64,000 nucleotides of DNA from positions 3,712,001 to 3,776,000 of the forward strand of contig OZ257142.1 of the NCBI GenBank assembly GCA_965279035.1, in the 5' to 3' direction. Both the position numbers and the translations under genes were made by a program. The DNA is from Bacteroidia bacterium (GTDB taxonomy: Bacteria; Bacteroidota; Bacteroidia; M30B66). The notes below the pieces were generated by a model. The model saw nothing but the letters and a program-made list of their open reading frames with translations. It did no database searches and was not told the origin of the DNA. The first letter of the stretch is position 1, and the number at the start of each line of letters is the position of its first letter. This document shows positions 8,657 to 17,561 of the stretch, piece after piece.

Positions 8657-9289
8657 ATGATTTTCGAAGGACAACATATCGACGCCATTATTTTCGACTT
8701 AGGAGGTGTAATTCTCAATATTGATTATCAACTCCCTATTAAAGCATTCCAAAAACTGGGAATTGACGATTTTGCCAATCATTTTTCTCAAGCAAAACAA
8801 AGTGGATTGCTCGATGAATATGAAACTGGATCAATTAGCTCAGAAGATTTTATTTCTGAACTTCGTCGCTACGTTAAGCCCGAAACAACCGATATTCAAA
8901 TCATCTCTGCTTGGAATTCCATCTTACTCGATTTGCCCGAAGATCGATTATTCATCCTCGAAAAAGCAGCCGAAAATCATCGCACATTTTTGCTTTCAAA
9001 CACAAACGATATTCACATCCAAGAATTTAATTCTTATTTACTCGAGGAGCATAATCTGCCTTCGTTAGAACCCTTCTTCGAACAACTCTATCTTTCATAC
9101 GAAGTAGGATTGCGTAAACCCGATCTGCGCATTTTCGAATATGTGTTGCAAGACGCTGGATTGAACCCTTCTTCTACCCTATTCATCGACGATTCCATAC
9201 AACACATTCAAGCTGCTAAAGAACTTGGAATCATCACACATCATTTAACTGGACAAACACTTATTGAATTACTCGAGGACAAACTTTGA
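8657..9289 (+). CDS. HAD-family phosphatase (YihX-like)
   Basis: IIFDLGGV, LLSNTN, LRKPD, FIDD motifs; start moved to ATG 8657. Confidence 0.9.
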   Translation: MIFEGQHIDAIIFDLGGVILNIDYQLPIKAFQKLGIDDFANHFSQAKQSGLLDEYETGSISSEDFISELRRYVKPETTDIQIISAWNSILLDLPEDRLFILEKAAENHRTFLLSNTNDIHIQEFNSYLLEEHNLPSLEPFFEQLYLSYEVGLRKPDLRIFEYVLQDAGLNPSSTLFIDDSIQHIQAAKELGIITHHLTGQTLIELLEDKL

Positions 9290-9299
9290 GAAAATCTTT

Positions 9300-9887
9300 A
9301 TGGAATTAAAAAACGGCATCGCTACATTCTACGCTTCAACTCGACAAGATTGGCGAAACTGGTTGGAGCAACATGTCGAAAACGAAAATTCTGTGTGGCT
9401 CATCATCCATAAAAAAGCAAGTCCACATCCGAGTATTTATTATCCCGAAGCTGTTGATGAAGCACTATGTTTTGGCTGGATCGATAGCAAAGCCAATACA
9501 CGTGATGAATTCACCTATTTTCAATTTTTCTCCAAACGAAAACCAAAAAGCAATAGGAGCAAAGTCAATAAAATCAAAGTTGCTCAGTTAATCGAACAGG
9601 GATTGATGCGTCCTTCGGGTTTGAAAATGATTGAGCTAGCTAAATCAACTGGTACATGGGATGCTTTAAATGAAGTGGAAGAAATTCGGGTGCCGGATGA
9701 AATGCAGAAATTATTCGACCAACAACCTGTTGCCTTTCATCATTGGAATTTATTTTCCCGTTCAACCAAACGAGCCATTTTAGAATGGATACTCAATGCC
9801 AAACGTCCCGAAACACGAAGCAAACGAATTGCAGAAACGGTTTCATTGGCAGCTGAGAATAAAAAAGCCAACCAATACAAGCCTTAA
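9300..9887 (+). CDS. YdeI/OmpD-associated family protein
   Basis: WRNWLE, AVDEALCFGWIDS, AKRPETRSKRI motifs. Confidence 0.85.
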   Translation: MELKNGIATFYASTRQDWRNWLEQHVENENSVWLIIHKKASPHPSIYYPEAVDEALCFGWIDSKANTRDEFTYFQFFSKRKPKSNRSKVNKIKVAQLIEQGLMRPSGLKMIELAKSTGTWDALNEVEEIRVPDEMQKLFDQQPVAFHHWNLFSRSTKRAILEWILNAKRPETRSKRIAETVSLAAENKKANQYKP

Positions 9888-9948
9888 GAATCTTCTTAAA
9901 CTTATTCAGAGGGATAGAGGAAAAACGCTTTCTAAGTGTTCATTTTTC

Positions 9949-9956
9949 TATCTTTG
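9949..9956 (+). promoter_or_regulatory. -7 promoter element (TATCTTTG) upstream of ettA
   Basis: TAnnTTTG match 18 nt before ATG 9975. Confidence 0.6.
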
Positions 9957-9974
9957 CGCTCCTTTTTACATACT

Positions 9975-11660
9975 ATGTCAGACGATAAAAAAGTCATCTT
10001 TTCGATGGTGAAGGTTAGCAAGACCTTTCCTCCTCAAAAACAAGTTCTGAAAGACATTTACCTCAGTTTTTTCTATGGTGCCAAAATCGGTATCATCGGT
10101 TTAAATGGATCAGGTAAATCAACACTCTTAAAAATTATTGCTGGCGTTGAAAAATCCTTCCAAGGGGATGTGGTTTTTTCGCCCGGATATCGTGTTGGTT
10201 ATTTGGAGCAAGATCCTCAATTAGACGATAGTAAAACGGTAATCGAAATAGTACGTGAAGGTGTTCAACCCATCATGGATATTTTGGCCGAATACAACGA
10301 GGTGAACGAAAAAATGGGCCTCGAAGAATATTACATGGATGGCGATAAGATTGACAAGCTACTTGCCCGTCAAGGTGTGTTGCAGGATGAAATTGATTCC
10401 AAAAATGCCTGGGAAATTGATTCAACCTTGGAGCGCGCCATGGATGCATTACGTTGTCCAGATTCTGACCGAATAATCGGAACACTATCGGGTGGAGAAC
10501 GTCGTCGAGTAGCATTGTGCCGTCTCTTACTTCAACAACCCGAAATTCTCTTACTCGATGAGCCTACCAACCACTTGGATGCTGAATCGATTGATTGGTT
10601 AGAGCAACATTTACAAAACTATGCAGGTACTGTTATCGCCATTACCCACGATCGATATTTCTTAGATAATGTTGCAGGATGGATTCTTGAATTAGATCGT
10701 GGTGAAGGAATTCCTTGGAAAGGAAATTATTCTAGCTGGCTAGAACAAAAAGGAAAACGTCTTCAACAGGAAGAAAAAACCGAATCAAAACGTCAGAAAA
10801 CCTTGGCTCGTGAGCTTGAATGGGTTCGTCAAGGTGCAAAAGGTCGTCAAACGAAACAAAAAGCGCGTCTTCAAGCATACGACAAGTTAATGAGTGAAGA
10901 TGTACGAGAGAAAGAAGAAAAACTCGAAATCTTTATCCCGAACGGACCACGTTTAGGAAATGAAGTGATTGAAGCGCAAGATGTGTCGAAAGCGTTTGGA
11001 GATAAATTGCTTTATGAGCATTTGAATTTCCGACTTCCACCAGCTGGAATTGTTGGAATTATTGGTCCTAACGGTGCGGGAAAAACGACCATTTTCAAAA
11101 TGATTATGGGACAAGAAAAAGCCGATGTGGGAGAATTTAAAATTGGTCCAACAGTAAAGATTAGTTACGTAGATCAAACGCACGAATCACTTGATCCGAA
11201 CAAATCGGTTTGGGAAGTGATTACAGGTGGAAACGAAACCATGGAAATTGGCGGTCGCTCTATGAATTCACGTGCTTATGTAAGCCGTTTCAATTTTAAC
11301 GGAGCTGATCAAGGGAAGAAAGTGGGTGTGCTATCAGGTGGTGAACGTAACCGTTTGCATTTGGCTATGGCATTAAAAGCAGAGGGTAATGTGCTCTTGC
11401 TCGATGAGCCAACAAATGACATCGACGTAAATACTTTACGTGCATTAGAAGAAGGTTTAGAGAACTTTGCAGGATGTGCTGTAATTATTAGTCACGACCG
11501 TTGGTTCTTAGATCGTGTATGTACGCATATATTAGCTTTCGAAGGCGATTCTCAGGTGTATGTATTTGAAGGAGGATATTCGGAATACGAAGAGAATAAA
11601 AAGAAGCGGCTCGGTGATCATGAACCCAAACGTATCCGGTATAAGAAACTGGTAAACTAA
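9975..11660 (+). CDS. ettA: Energy-dependent translational throttle ABC-F ATPase
   Basis: Two ABC cassettes (GLNGSGKST, GPNGAGKTT), LSFFYGAKIG, ELEWVRQGAKGRQTKQKARL linker. Confidence 0.95.
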   Translation: MSDDKKVIFSMVKVSKTFPPQKQVLKDIYLSFFYGAKIGIIGLNGSGKSTLLKIIAGVEKSFQGDVVFSPGYRVGYLEQDPQLDDSKTVIEIVREGVQPIMDILAEYNEVNEKMGLEEYYMDGDKIDKLLARQGVLQDEIDSKNAWEIDSTLERAMDALRCPDSDRIIGTLSGGERRRVALCRLLLQQPEILLLDEPTNHLDAESIDWLEQHLQNYAGTVIAITHDRYFLDNVAGWILELDRGEGIPWKGNYSSWLEQKGKRLQQEEKTESKRQKTLARELEWVRQGAKGRQTKQKARLQAYDKLMSEDVREKEEKLEIFIPNGPRLGNEVIEAQDVSKAFGDKLLYEHLNFRLPPAGIVGIIGPNGAGKTTIFKMIMGQEKADVGEFKIGPTVKISYVDQTHESLDPNKSVWEVITGGNETMEIGGRSMNSRAYVSRFNFNGADQGKKVGVLSGGERNRLHLAMALKAEGNVLLLDEPTNDIDVNTLRALEEGLENFAGCAVIISHDRWFLDRVCTHILAFEGDSQVYVFEGGYSEYEENKKKRLGDHEPKRIRYKKLVN

Positions 11661-11665
11661 AACTC

Positions 11666-11699
11666 AAAAGCACATCAACAACATGGTGTGCTTTTTTTT
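11666..11699 (+). terminator. Intrinsic terminator after ettA
   Basis: AAAGCACATCA...TGGTGTGCTTTTTTTT. Confidence 0.7.
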
Positions 11700-11706
11700 A
11701 GTGATG

Positions 11707-11737
11707 TTTGTTTTTACGTATGAAATAAATATTTTTG
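11707..11737 (+). promoter_or_regulatory. Promoter of TA operon (TTTG-N19-TATTTTTG) with a TACGTA palindrome in the spacer
   Basis: Canonical Bacteroidota -33/-7 spacing; palindrome at 11715-11720 is a candidate autorepression operator (inference). Confidence 0.5.
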
Positions 11738-11755
11738 TGGTATAAATAAATGGTC

Positions 11756-12022
11756 ATGGATTCTAAAATAACGCTCAGCTTCAATACCAGTGTTATTGAT
11801 AAAGCAAAAGCATATGCCGAAGAACAAGGTATTAGCCTCAGCAGGCTTACCGAAATCCTTTTGCGTAGGCTCACTAGTGGAGGTTATAAAAACATCGAAG
11901 ATTTCCCTGTTTCTGATTGGGTTCATTTAATTTCCGAAGGAGAAACCGAATACATACGCAAACCTAAAAGCAATAAAGCACTTCGCGCAGAGCACCATAC
12001 TGCAAAAAAGAAAAAGGCATGA
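11756..12022 (+). CDS. DUF6364-like ribbon-helix-helix antitoxin
   Basis: MDSKITLSF...VIDKAKAYA...SLSRL pattern; 4-bp ATGA overlap with the PIN gene. Confidence 0.75.
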   Translation: MDSKITLSFNTSVIDKAKAYAEEQGISLSRLTEILLRRLTSGGYKNIEDFPVSDWVHLISEGETEYIRKPKSNKALRAEHHTAKKKKA

Positions 12023-12435
12023 AGGTGTTTGTGGATGCGAATGTTATCATCAATGTTCTTAATCGAGAATATCCTCAATTTGAATTCTCCTCGCGCTTTT
12101 TGAGTTTAGCGGATGACAAATGCTTTACGCTCTATACTTCTACTTTGTCTTTGGGAATCTGTTGGTTTTATGCAGAGAAAAAATCAGGACGCGCTTTAGC
12201 CAATAAGAAAATCGCCCAATTGCTTCAAAATATTCGAATAAGTGAATGTGGCGAATCGGAAGTTCTAAAAGCAATGGCAGATAAAAAGGCCGACGATTTT
12301 GAAGATGCGCTTCAAGTATATTCTGCCATCAAAAGTGGATGCACTCATATTGTCACTAATAATTTAAATGACTTTCATTTTTCTTCTCTTAAAATATCCA
12401 AACCGAAGGATTTTTTAATTCAAGAAGTGAGTTAA
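12019..12435 (+). CDS. PIN-domain (VapC-like) toxin
   Basis: KVFVDANV, DFEDALQ, IVTNNLNDF acidic motifs. Confidence 0.85.
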   Translation: MKVFVDANVIINVLNREYPQFEFSSRFLSLADDKCFTLYTSTLSLGICWFYAEKKSGRALANKKIAQLLQNIRISECGESEVLKAMADKKADDFEDALQVYSAIKSGCTHIVTNNLNDFHFSSLKISKPKDFLIQEVS

Positions 12436-12671
12436 TAAAATCATTACATAATAATTATTCTAACATTTAAATTTGATTTTAGTATATATCAAAACCCTAT
12501 ATAGTAGTACACATCAAGCCTATTAAAACTAATAATTCAAGCAATATTTAGGAATTAATTAAATAATAAATAACTAAATATTTATCAACTATTTCTGAAT
12601 TCATTATTTATTCCTGCTTGTTCGAACATTACAGGTTGTATATGGTTTCTATTCCTAACGATTTTTAAATT

Positions 12672-13142
12672 ATGCTTAATCGCTTTTTACGTCTATTACT
12701 CTGCATTTCGATTCCATTAATTGTTGGAGGAATTTCAGGATACTTTACCATCGAAGGAGTTAAAACCTGGTATTTAACACTTAACAAACCTGTATTCACT
12801 CCTCCCAATTGGCTATTTGGTCCCGTGTGGACTACCTTATATGCCCTCATGGGATATGCATATTTCAGAATTTTAGAAAAGGCAAAAAGTCCTGTTCGAT
12901 TGCGTGCAATGCGCATTTATTTCATCCAACTCTTCCTAAATTTTTGTTGGAGTATTTTATTTTTTAGTGCTCATCAAATTGGAATTGCCCTTTTAGATAT
13001 TCTACTTCTTTGGATATGCATTCTTATCATGATATTCCGTTTTCAGCGTGTAGATAAATTCGCAGGATATTCTCAGATTCCCTATATACTTTGGGTTAGC
13101 TTTGCAACAGCTTTAACAGCGAGCATTTGGTGGTTGAATTAA
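12672..13142 (+). CDS. tspO: TspO/MBR tryptophan-rich sensory protein
   Basis: WYLTLNKPVFTPPNWLFGPVWTTLY, QLFLNFCWSILFF, PYILWVSFATAL. Confidence 0.9.
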   Translation: MLNRFLRLLLCISIPLIVGGISGYFTIEGVKTWYLTLNKPVFTPPNWLFGPVWTTLYALMGYAYFRILEKAKSPVRLRAMRIYFIQLFLNFCWSILFFSAHQIGIALLDILLLWICILIMIFRFQRVDKFAGYSQIPYILWVSFATALTASIWWLN

Positions 13143-13152
13143 ATATTATTCA

Positions 13153-13608
13153 ATGTTAGTAGGATTGAAAAAAGAAATAATCAAAGAGTGTATATCCATA
13201 TTAAGTATCCGGATTAATGAATTAATTCTAACCGAAAAATCAGCCCAAGAATCAGCTGCTGGTGATACCAAAAGTAGTATGGGCGATAAACACGAAACCT
13301 CACGCGAACTTTTGCAGCAAGAACGAGAAATGGTTGGCCGAAGAATGGCTGAAGCAATTCGCCAAAAAGAAGAAATAGAACGCATTTTACCTGATCATAT
13401 TTTGAATCAAATCCAAACTGGCGCATTGGTAGAAACCTCCATTGGAATATTCTTCTTTTCAACAGCATTGGGATTTATCACTATTCAGGAAAAGAAAATT
13501 GCCGTTCTATCTATAGCATCTCCCATTGGACAAGCTTTAAAAGACAAACGAATTGGTGATATCGTTTCTTTTCAAAACAAAGACATCCGGATAGTAAACA
13601 TAGCATAA
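13153..13608 (+). CDS. GreA/GreB-like protein (Bacteroidota family)
   Basis: Coiled coil with TKSSMGDKHETSR tip; C-terminal SIASPIGQALKDKRIGD resembles the GreA C-domain. Confidence 0.6.
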   Translation: MLVGLKKEIIKECISILSIRINELILTEKSAQESAAGDTKSSMGDKHETSRELLQQEREMVGRRMAEAIRQKEEIERILPDHILNQIQTGALVETSIGIFFFSTALGFITIQEKKIAVLSIASPIGQALKDKRIGDIVSFQNKDIRIVNIA

Positions 13609-13645
13609 TGCTCTAGTTTTTACACGTTTCCTGAGCAAACTCTTG

Positions 13646-13928
13646 GCATCCTCGGACTTCAGTCCGAGTGTCAGTCCGCGGAGACTTCTACTCCTCTTGA
13701 AAAGCAGCCTCACATCCTCGGACTTAAGTCCGAGGTTACTTGAGGTATACCTTTCATATTCATCGTAACTAAGGCACCCTCGGACTTCAGTCCGAAGATG
13801 CTAGAGGCATAACTTTCATTTTTGTATTAGCATTCGATTCCTCGGACTGAAGTCCGAGGTTACTTGAGGTATACCTTTCATATTCATCGTAACTAAGGCA
13901 CCCTCGGACTTCAGTCCGAGGATGCTAG
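13646..13928. repeat. REP/BIME-like array A: 5 palindromic cores CTCGGACT-NN-AGTCCGAG, ~62-bp period
   Basis: Cores start at 13651, 13717, 13779, 13841 and 13903; the linkers after cores 2 and 4 are identical. Confidence 0.85.
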
Positions 13929-13945
13929 ATTATTTTCAACCTCTT

Positions 13946-13976
13946 TGTAAGGTTTGAGTTTTAGACTCGACCAATA
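13946..13976 (+). promoter_or_regulatory. Possible ECF-sigma-type promoter (TGTAAGG...TCGACCAATA)
   Basis: Resembles a GTAA(C/G)-spacer-CGAC ECF layout just upstream of ATG 13991; pattern match only. Confidence 0.3.
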
Positions 13977-13990
13977 CCAAAAACCAACTC

Positions 13991-14965
13991 ATGAAATCAT
14001 TTTTATTTACAATCGGATTTTCCATGTTCGCACATTTGATAGATGCTCAGGTTCCTAAAAAAGTAATTGTAGAACATTTCACCAATAGTCGATGCAGTAT
14101 TTGTGCAAACAGAAATCCCGGATTTTTCAATAACCTTATTCAGCATCCCGATGTCTTACACATTTCGATGTTTCCAAGTTCGCCTTATCCGAATTGCGCA
14201 TTTAGTCTACAAAACCCTACCGAAAATGATGGACGAACAAACTATTACAACGTATATGGCTCAACACCTGTTTTTGTCATTCAAGGTCAAGTAATTAGTC
14301 AGTCAGCTAATTATGCTTCAGCAAGTTTATTTACTCCTTTTATTGGTCAAAGTAGTCCAGTCTCGATACACGTTAATCAATTGCAAAACACCGATTCATT
14401 AATTACAGTAATTTCCATTAAAACAGAAGCTATTCATACTTTAGGAAATCTTAGTTTGTTTGCTGCTATCACCGAAGACACCGTATTTTATGCTTCGCCA
14501 AACGGAGAAACAGAACATTACAATGTACATCGAAAATCTCTTTTTGGAAATTCAGGCTTGACAATCACAATTCCCAATTCAGTAGGAGATTCTGTAGTAT
14601 TTAGAAAAGCAGTTTCAACCAATTTAATTTGGAATCAAGCACGATTAAAGAGTCTTGTTATTTTACAAGAATCGGATACAAAATCAGTAGTGCAAGCTGC
14701 CGAATCATATGGTAATGGAGAAATCCCAACAGGATTAATGAATCAATCGAATATGGATTTTCAGGTGTTCCCCAATCCCACAGAAACAATTTTAACCATT
14801 CGGATTAAAGAGGAAAATGTGCAGCATTATTTTTTATTTAATTCACTTGGACAAATTCAAAAAAGCGGATCATTAAATAAAGAAATGCAATTAAATTTTA
14901 GCAATCTACCACATGGAATTTATTTTCTTAAAATTGGAACTTCGACAAAAAAAATCATCCATTAA
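13991..14965 (+). CDS. Omp28-related thioredoxin-fold (CxxC) protein with T9SS type A CTD
   Basis: KVIVEHFTNSRCSICA, YYNVYGSTP, TEDTV...NGE...HYNVHR; C-terminal VFPNP...GIYFLK...KKII. Confidence 0.8.
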   Translation: MKSFLFTIGFSMFAHLIDAQVPKKVIVEHFTNSRCSICANRNPGFFNNLIQHPDVLHISMFPSSPYPNCAFSLQNPTENDGRTNYYNVYGSTPVFVIQGQVISQSANYASASLFTPFIGQSSPVSIHVNQLQNTDSLITVISIKTEAIHTLGNLSLFAAITEDTVFYASPNGETEHYNVHRKSLFGNSGLTITIPNSVGDSVVFRKAVSTNLIWNQARLKSLVILQESDTKSVVQAAESYGNGEIPTGLMNQSNMDFQVFPNPTETILTIRIKEENVQHYFLFNSLGQIQKSGSLNKEMQLNFSNLPHGIYFLKIGTSTKKIIH

Positions 14966-15009
14966 CGTCTGACAAAGGTACGGGGAAAATGAAAATTTTT
15001 ATGATACCA

Positions 15010-15223
15010 CTAGCATCCACGGACTTCAGTCCGTGTTTGCTAGAGTTATACTTATCATCTTAATCTTACCTCTGGCACCATAGGACTGAAGTCCGAGTTT
15101 GCGAGCGTTATACCTTTCATATTTATCTTAACTAAGGCATCCTCGGACTGAAGTCCGAGTTTGCTTGAGTTAAACTTGTCATTTTTGAGTTTCCCTCTGG
15201 CATCCTCGGACTTCAGTCCGAGG
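15010..15223. repeat. REP/BIME-like array B: 4 palindromic cores, 62-63-bp period, same family as array A
   Basis: Cores start at 15018, 15080, 15142 and 15205; linkers are homologous to those of array A. Confidence 0.85.
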
Positions 15224-15264
15224 TCAAATCCCCAATGCGTTTTTAAAGTACCCAAATAGTTTAA

Positions 15265-15387
15265 CGTGTAAGCGATAGCAGCGAAAAGCCCGCATCGTAT
15301 GCCGTAGCCTTTGGCGAAGGCATAAAGAGAGGACTTGCAGCGTATAGCGCGGTTTGAAACGGAGTTTACGGAGTTTCAAATACACCC
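15265..15387 (-). repeat. Dispersed composite hairpin repeat (MITE/REP-like), copy 1
   Basis: Reverse complement GGGTGT-hairpin-CGCGCTATACGCTGCAAGTCCTC-hairpin-TGCGGGCTTTTCGCTGCTATC matches the copies at 17562 and 40247. Confidence 0.7.
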
Positions 15388-15424
15388 AAAAAAAATGCCC
15401 CGCCGGAAAACCGACGAGGCATTT
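15388..15424 (-). terminator. Intrinsic terminator after 15449-17338 gene
   Basis: Minus strand ATGCCTCGTCGG-TTTT-CCGGCGGGGCAT followed by a T run. Confidence 0.7.
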
Positions 15425-15448
15425 TGAACAATCCTATTTCTTTTCTTT

Positions 15449-17338
15449 TTAGAATTTTATTGTACGAATTACTTCGTTTGTGTTAGTCGAACGAACACTA
15501 ATTAAGTACGTTCCTTTTGCTAATGTTGAAGCTGGTAGCATGTGGCGAATGTTGCTGCTGCTTGATACTTCTACATTTTCGCGGCTCATTACTTGTCCAA
15601 GTGTGTTGATTACTGATACTTCGAATGTTTCGCTTGTATTGCTTGTGCTCAAGTTAACACTGAGTGTTTCGTTGAATGGATTTGGATACACACTAATTTC
15701 ATCTACTTCGTTTGCAGTTGTTGTATTATCCTGTGTTTGAACATGAGCGATACGTGCTGCTGAAGTTGAAGAACATCCTGGTTGAGCTACAACAATTCCG
15801 TCAACATCAAAACCATCGGCTGTTCCAGGGAAATGTGCATTGCTCATAGCTGATGCGTCCGTGATGCGAACGTATTGGAACATTTCGGTACCTGATCCAT
15901 CGATGTCGATTGATTGATCTAGGCAGAAAGATTCAGAAAGCATGTACCACGTTGAGTTATCAAGCGATACTTCGATACGAGCAGTTTCTGGATAATTATC
16001 GCAAGTTGGGTTTCCGAAAGAAGTTTCAACAAGCATTAAGTCAGCACCTGGCTTGTTAAATACTACGTAACCAAGTTTCAAGCTTACTTTTCCGCCAAAT
16101 CCAAGGCTTACAAAATTTACTACATCGCTGTATTGTGGAGCTCCTACTGCATTGTCTTTATTGCTACGCGCTGCTGGAATTACACCACTGTTTTTCATAG
16201 TACCTGGGAAATAATCGTAAGCTTCTATTGCATATTCATTGCTTACTGCTGATGCAACTGGATTCGCTTCTTCGCCATTTAAACATACGATTCCGTCTAG
16301 GTCATAACCATCTGCTAAACCACCGTAAGGGAAATCGATGCGAGAGATGTCGATTAGTTTAACATATTGTGCCCAAGCTAATCCTTGCAAGTCGAAGTAC
16401 GTGTTTTGACAGCCTTCTCCTAAGAAAACCCAGTCACAGTTGTTTTGAGATGCAAAAGCGCGGATTTTTTCTGGGTAGCGATTACAGTTTTGAGCATTAT
16501 TTCCGAATGTAGTTTCAACTACATAAATATCATCTCCATCACCGTTGTGAATTGGATTTGCAAACTTCAAGGTAATTTCTCCGCCAAATCCAAGTGATAC
16601 AAAGTTGTATGATGAAGATGGTGTAGCAACATCGCTATTTTCTGGAGAACCTAATGCATTAATCAAGTTCTGACGAGAAGCTTCAATTGGAGTTAATAAA
16701 TCGTTCGTTGTTCCTGGTATATAGCTCATCACTTCAACTGCATTACATCCAGCAGGCGATGGTTGCTCAACTACTGTGGTGTCGCCACCTGTATTAGTTT
16801 GATCATCATCATCTCCATCGTCGTTCCCATCATCATTTCCGTCATCTTCTCCATCATCGTTTCCGTTATTCCCATCATCATTTCCATCATCTTCTCCATC
16901 GTCGTTTCCGTTATTCCCATCATCATTCCCATCATCGTCGCCATCGTCGTTTCCGTTATTCCCATCATCATTTCCATCATCTTCACCATCTTCGTTTCCG
17001 TTATTCCCATCATCATTTCCATCATCTTCTCCATCGTCGTTGTTATCATCATCCCCATTTTCATTACCCGTTGTACAAGCACCTATATAATCACCATGAT
17101 TTAAATGTGCTTGAAGTGCATTGACACTAACAGTTATCGTGTGAGAACCACCATTTCCAGTTTGGTGACAAATGGTAATGTGTTGATTGTTGCCATTTCC
17201 TTGATTTTTTACAGAACCCTGAACTGTAGTATTTTTATTTACTCCAGCAGATTGATTTTGGATTTGTTCTGTTTGTGCATTCAGTCCGCCTATAGTCAGA
17301 ATCAGAATTGCTAAGAGTTGAGAAATACGTGTCATCAT
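15449..17338 (-). CDS. T9SS type A cargo: His/Cys mini-domain, Asp/Asn/Gly tandem repeat, duplicated FVSLGFGG domain
   Basis: Signal peptide; ICHQTG...AHLNHGDYIGAC; (DDGNDDGNNGNDDGE)n; two NAxGxP...FVSLGFGG...YPE...DG(Y/F)D(L/V)DGI domains; VYPNPF...GTYLISV CTD. Confidence 0.8.
   Translation of the reverse strand: MMTRISQLLAILILTIGGLNAQTEQIQNQSAGVNKNTTVQGSVKNQGNGNNQHITICHQTGNGGSHTITVSVNALQAHLNHGDYIGACTTGNENGDDDNNDDGEDDGNDDGNNGNEDGEDDGNDDGNNGNDDGDDDGNDDGNNGNDDGEDDGNDDGNNGNDDGEDDGNDDGNDDGDDDDQTNTGGDTTVVEQPSPAGCNAVEVMSYIPGTTNDLLTPIEASRQNLINALGSPENSDVATPSSSYNFVSLGFGGEITLKFANPIHNGDGDDIYVVETTFGNNAQNCNRYPEKIRAFASQNNCDWVFLGEGCQNTYFDLQGLAWAQYVKLIDISRIDFPYGGLADGYDLDGIVCLNGEEANPVASAVSNEYAIEAYDYFPGTMKNSGVIPAARSNKDNAVGAPQYSDVVNFVSLGFGGKVSLKLGYVVFNKPGADLMLVETSFGNPTCDNYPETARIEVSLDNSTWYMLSESFCLDQSIDIDGSGTEMFQYVRITDASAMSNAHFPGTADGFDVDGIVVAQPGCSSTSAARIAHVQTQDNTTTANEVDEISVYPNPFNETLSVNLSTSNTSETFEVSVINTLGQVMSRENVEVSSSSNIRHMLPASTLAKGTYLISVRSTNTNEVIRTIKF
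16802..17062 (-). repeat. Low-complexity 45-bp tandem repeat (about 4 units plus degenerate ends) encoding D/N/G/E
   Basis: GTTTCCGTTATTCCCATCATCATT recurs every 45 bp on the plus strand. Confidence 0.85.
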
Positions 17339-17561
17339 AAGGATAAGGTTAGGTTGTTTGCTATCCTTTACCGAATTCCGACAAAAAGTGTTTCATTCTT
17401 ACAAATAAAAAATACAAGCTTCCGAGCGAAATAAGTTTTATCTATTTGATTATATGGTATTTAAATAAATATCAAAATTCAACTTTATCCTCATAACGAG
17501 GTAATTCTTACACATGTAATACTAGAAATTAGCTCTCTATTCGATAATAAATGAATGGATT

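Noticed and set aside
13646-15223. CRISPR array (regular ~62-bp period, palindromic repeat)
   Set aside because: The spacers are homologous to each other (two are identical), the conserved core is only 18-20 bp with variable orientation, and no cas genes are in the window.
15055-15255. 66-aa minus-strand ORF with repeated LGL(K/Q)SEDA
   Set aside because: It is a translation of the palindrome array; a 62-bp period does not preserve frame.
16763-17104. Ile-rich (+) and Met-rich (-) ORFs that look like membrane or metal-binding peptides
   Set aside because: They are alternative-frame shadows of the D/N/G repeat inside the real 15449-17338 gene.
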